Below are positions 61,819 through 64,000 of a DNA stretch of 64,000 nt, piece after piece; the stretch's first letter is position 1; each line of letters opens with the position of its first letter. This DNA is from an uncultured Gemmatimonadales bacterium. GTDB taxonomy: Bacteria > Gemmatimonadota > Gemmatimonadetes > Gemmatimonadales > GWC2-71-9. The notes beneath the pieces were generated by a model, which searched no databases, was not told the DNA's origin, and saw only the letters and a list, made by a program, of their open reading frames with translations. The stretch spans positions 96,001 to 160,000 of the forward strand of contig CAWCFX010000003.1 in assembly GCA_963795085.1 (NCBI GenBank), read 5' to 3'. Position numbers and translations under genes: made by a program.

Positions 61819-63759
61819 TCACGGCGTCAATGATCGATCCTGGACTTCCCGGGCCACCCGTGCCACGAACTCCTCCACCTTGACGACTTCCTGTTTCCTG
61901 CCCGCGCCGCGAATCCGGAGCGCCAGGCTGTCCGACTCGGCTTCCCGCTGGCCGACCACGGCCATGTAGGGAACCTTTCCCACCTCTCCTTCGCGAACGC
62001 GGTAATTCAGGGTCTCGTTCCGGTCGTCGAGATGGACCCGGATCCCCGCCGCCCTGAGCCGTCCGGCCAGCGCCCGGGCCGCGTCGTTCTGGCTGTCCGA
62101 GATGGGAATCACCCGGACCTGCTCGGGCGACAGCCAGACCGGAAAGGCACCGGCGAAATGCTCGATCAGGTTGCCGGTAAACCGCTCCAGCGTTCCATAA
62201 ATGGCCCGGTGAATCATCACCGGCCGATGCGGCTTGTTGTCCGGCCCGGTGTATTCCAGCTCGAACCGTTCGGGCAGGTTGAAATCGAGCTGGATCGTGG
62301 GACCCTGCCAGAGCCGGCCGATGGCGTCCTTGAACTTGATGTCGATCTTGGGACCGTAGAACGCACCGCCGCCCTCGTCGATGCGGAACTCGATTCCCTG
62401 ACGGGTCAGGGCGCGCTGGAGAATCGCCTCGGCCCGCTCCCAGGTCGCGTCATCGCCCAGCCGCTCCGGCGGACGGGTGGAGACTTCGAAATCCAGTTCG
62501 AACCCGAAATTCTGCCGCACCAGCCGGTCCACCTGGCCCAGGCAGAGGAAGATCTCGTCCTCGACCTGGTCCAGCGTCGCGAAGATGTGGGCATCGTCCA
62601 TCGAGAGGCCCCGGACTCTGAGCAGGCCATGCAACGTCCCCGACCGTTCGTTCCGGTACACGTTGGCAACCTCGGACAGCCGGAGCGGGAGGTCCCGATA
62701 GCTGCGCTGCTGGCTCTTGTAGATGAGGCAGTGCATGGGACAGTTCATCGGCTTGACCCGGTAGCGCACGTCTTCGGCCTCTTCCTGGCCCGCCGCCATC
62801 GGGGGGTACTGGTTCGCCTCGTAGAGGGGGAGGTGCCCGGAAATCCGGAACAGTTCCTCCCGGGTCACGTTGGGCGTGGAGACCAGCTCGTAGCCGTGGG
62901 CCAGGTTGTCGTCTTCCACCGCGCGGGTGAGGAGGTGCTTGATGCGGGCCCCCTTGGGGTGCCAGAACACCAGCCCCGGCCCGACCACTTCCTGGATGGA
63001 AAACAGGTCCAGCGCCTTGCCGATGACCCGGTGGTCGCGCCGGCGCGCCTCCTCCAGCCGGTGGACATATCCCTCGAGGTCTTCCTTCTTGAACCAGGCG
63101 GTGCCGTAAATCCGCTGCAGCATCTGGCGCCGCTCGTCGCCCCGCCAGTAGGCGCCCGCGGCGGTGAGCAGCTTGAAATGCTTGAGCCGTCCGGTACTGG
63201 GCACGTGGGGACCGCGACAGAGGTCCACGAAGGGACCATCGGTATAGATCGTAATGGTCTCGTGGTCGCCCAGTTCGGCGATCCGCTCCAGCTTGAGGGG
63301 GTCGTCCGCGAACCGGCGGTTGGCCTCGGCCCGGTCCACCACTTCCCGCTGGAAGGGGTAATCCCGCCCCGCCACCTCGGCCATCCGCGCCTCGATCCGC
63401 TGGAGATCATCCGGGGTGAACGGGCGATCCACCTGGAAGTCGTAATAGAACCCGTCCTCGATTGGCGGACCGAAACCGATGCCGGCGCTGGGAAACAGCT
63501 CGCGCACCGCAGTCGCCAGGATGTGCGCCGTGGAGTGGCGCAGGAGCTCAAGGGCCGCCGGGTCCTTGTCGGTGACGATCGCCAGGGTGACGTCAGAGTC
63601 GAGGGGCCGGTCCAGATCCCACAACTGGTCATTGACCCGCCCAGCCAGCGCCGCCCGGGCCAGGCCGGGGCCGATCCCTTCGGCCACCTGGCGCACCGTG
63701 GTGCCCCGCGGCACCTCCCGGTGGCTGCCGTCGGGCAGGGTGACCCGGACCTGGCTCAC
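61819..63759 (-). CDS. thrS: Threonyl-tRNA synthetase
   Basis: TGS domain, RHSTAH, KPMNCP, FYGPKID and HRAIYG. Confidence 0.98.
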   Translation of the reverse strand: MSQVRVTLPDGSHREVPRGTTVRQVAEGIGPGLARAALAGRVNDQLWDLDRPLDSDVTLAIVTDKDPAALELLRHSTAHILATAVRELFPSAGIGFGPPIEDGFYYDFQVDRPFTPDDLQRIEARMAEVAGRDYPFQREVVDRAEANRRFADDPLKLERIAELGDHETITIYTDGPFVDLCRGPHVPSTGRLKHFKLLTAAGAYWRGDERRQMLQRIYGTAWFKKEDLEGYVHRLEEARRRDHRVIGKALDLFSIQEVVGPGLVFWHPKGARIKHLLTRAVEDDNLAHGYELVSTPNVTREELFRISGHLPLYEANQYPPMAAGQEEAEDVRYRVKPMNCPMHCLIYKSQQRSYRDLPLRLSEVANVYRNERSGTLHGLLRVRGLSMDDAHIFATLDQVEDEIFLCLGQVDRLVRQNFGFELDFEVSTRPPERLGDDATWERAEAILQRALTRQGIEFRIDEGGGAFYGPKIDIKFKDAIGRLWQGPTIQLDFNLPERFELEYTGPDNKPHRPVMIHRAIYGTLERFTGNLIEHFAGAFPVWLSPEQVRVIPISDSQNDAARALAGRLRAAGIRVHLDDRNETLNYRVREGEVGKVPYMAVVGQREAESDSLALRIRGAGRKQEVVKVEEFVARVAREVQDRSLTP

Positions 63760-63911
63760 GGGGTGCCCGCTTCCGCCGGTGCCACGGCGCCGGTGGGCCG
63801 ATCCAGGTCAACCGAAAAAAACAGCCCCACGCCGAGCAGGACGAGCAGCAACGGCACCAGCCAACGGGCCATTTCCCTGGCCGGGACCCGACTCTCGTCG
63901 TCTCGTAGCAT
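63756..63911 (-). CDS. Small single-TM hypothetical protein
   Basis: WLVPLLLVLLGVGLFF; its stop overlaps the thrS start; start uncertain. Confidence 0.45.
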   Translation of the reverse strand: MLRDDESRVPAREMARWLVPLLLVLLGVGLFFSVDLDRPTGAVAPAEAGTP

Positions 63912-64000
63912 AGGGTCGAAAAAAGGACTCGAGGAGGTGGTAGAGGGCCGGCCTACGGTACCGGGTTCCCCTGAAAATAGCCGCAAAGGGGCGTCAGGTG

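Overview
This is a high-GC bacterial chromosomal window, with almost all genes on the minus strand. Gene content and order suggest Gemmatimonadota, which is an inference and not a database result. (1) Bases 1-16.1 kb hold a tightly coupled operon in which a CheC/CheD-type chemosensory set (cheW-cheY-cheA-cheC ... cheR-cheD-cheB-cheW-cheW) is interrupted by a polarity-like cassette. The cassette encodes an 898-aa TPR protein, two DUF4388-TPR proteins with MshEN-like motifs, three Roadblock/MglB-type domains, an MglA GTPase and a tandem DnaA-like AAA+ protein lacking DNA-binding domain IV. This is the best candidate for an uncharacterised system. (2) Bases 16-32.5 kb are housekeeping genes (rluD, lspA, dksA-like, ileS with a GIHH motif, pnp, divIVA, yggS, folP, ftsH, hpt, tilS) plus two heptamer tandem arrays. 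(3) Bases 32.5-47.7 kb are an accessory block next to tRNA-Met: a hybrid kinase, an M20 peptidase, an outer-membrane protein, a large Ser/Thr kinase with Ig and RCC1 repeats, two PEP-CTERM genes and an arsR-arsM-arsN2-phosphoesterase-aquaporin cluster. (4) Bases 47.8-64 kb are housekeeping genes (ftsB, eno, thiL, nnr, glyA, rpiB, Leu dehydrogenase, hbd, bioY, thiolase, thrS). No CRISPR array, integrase, transposase or rRNA was seen. All calls come from motif reading by eye, and several start codons were re-assigned from the ORF track.
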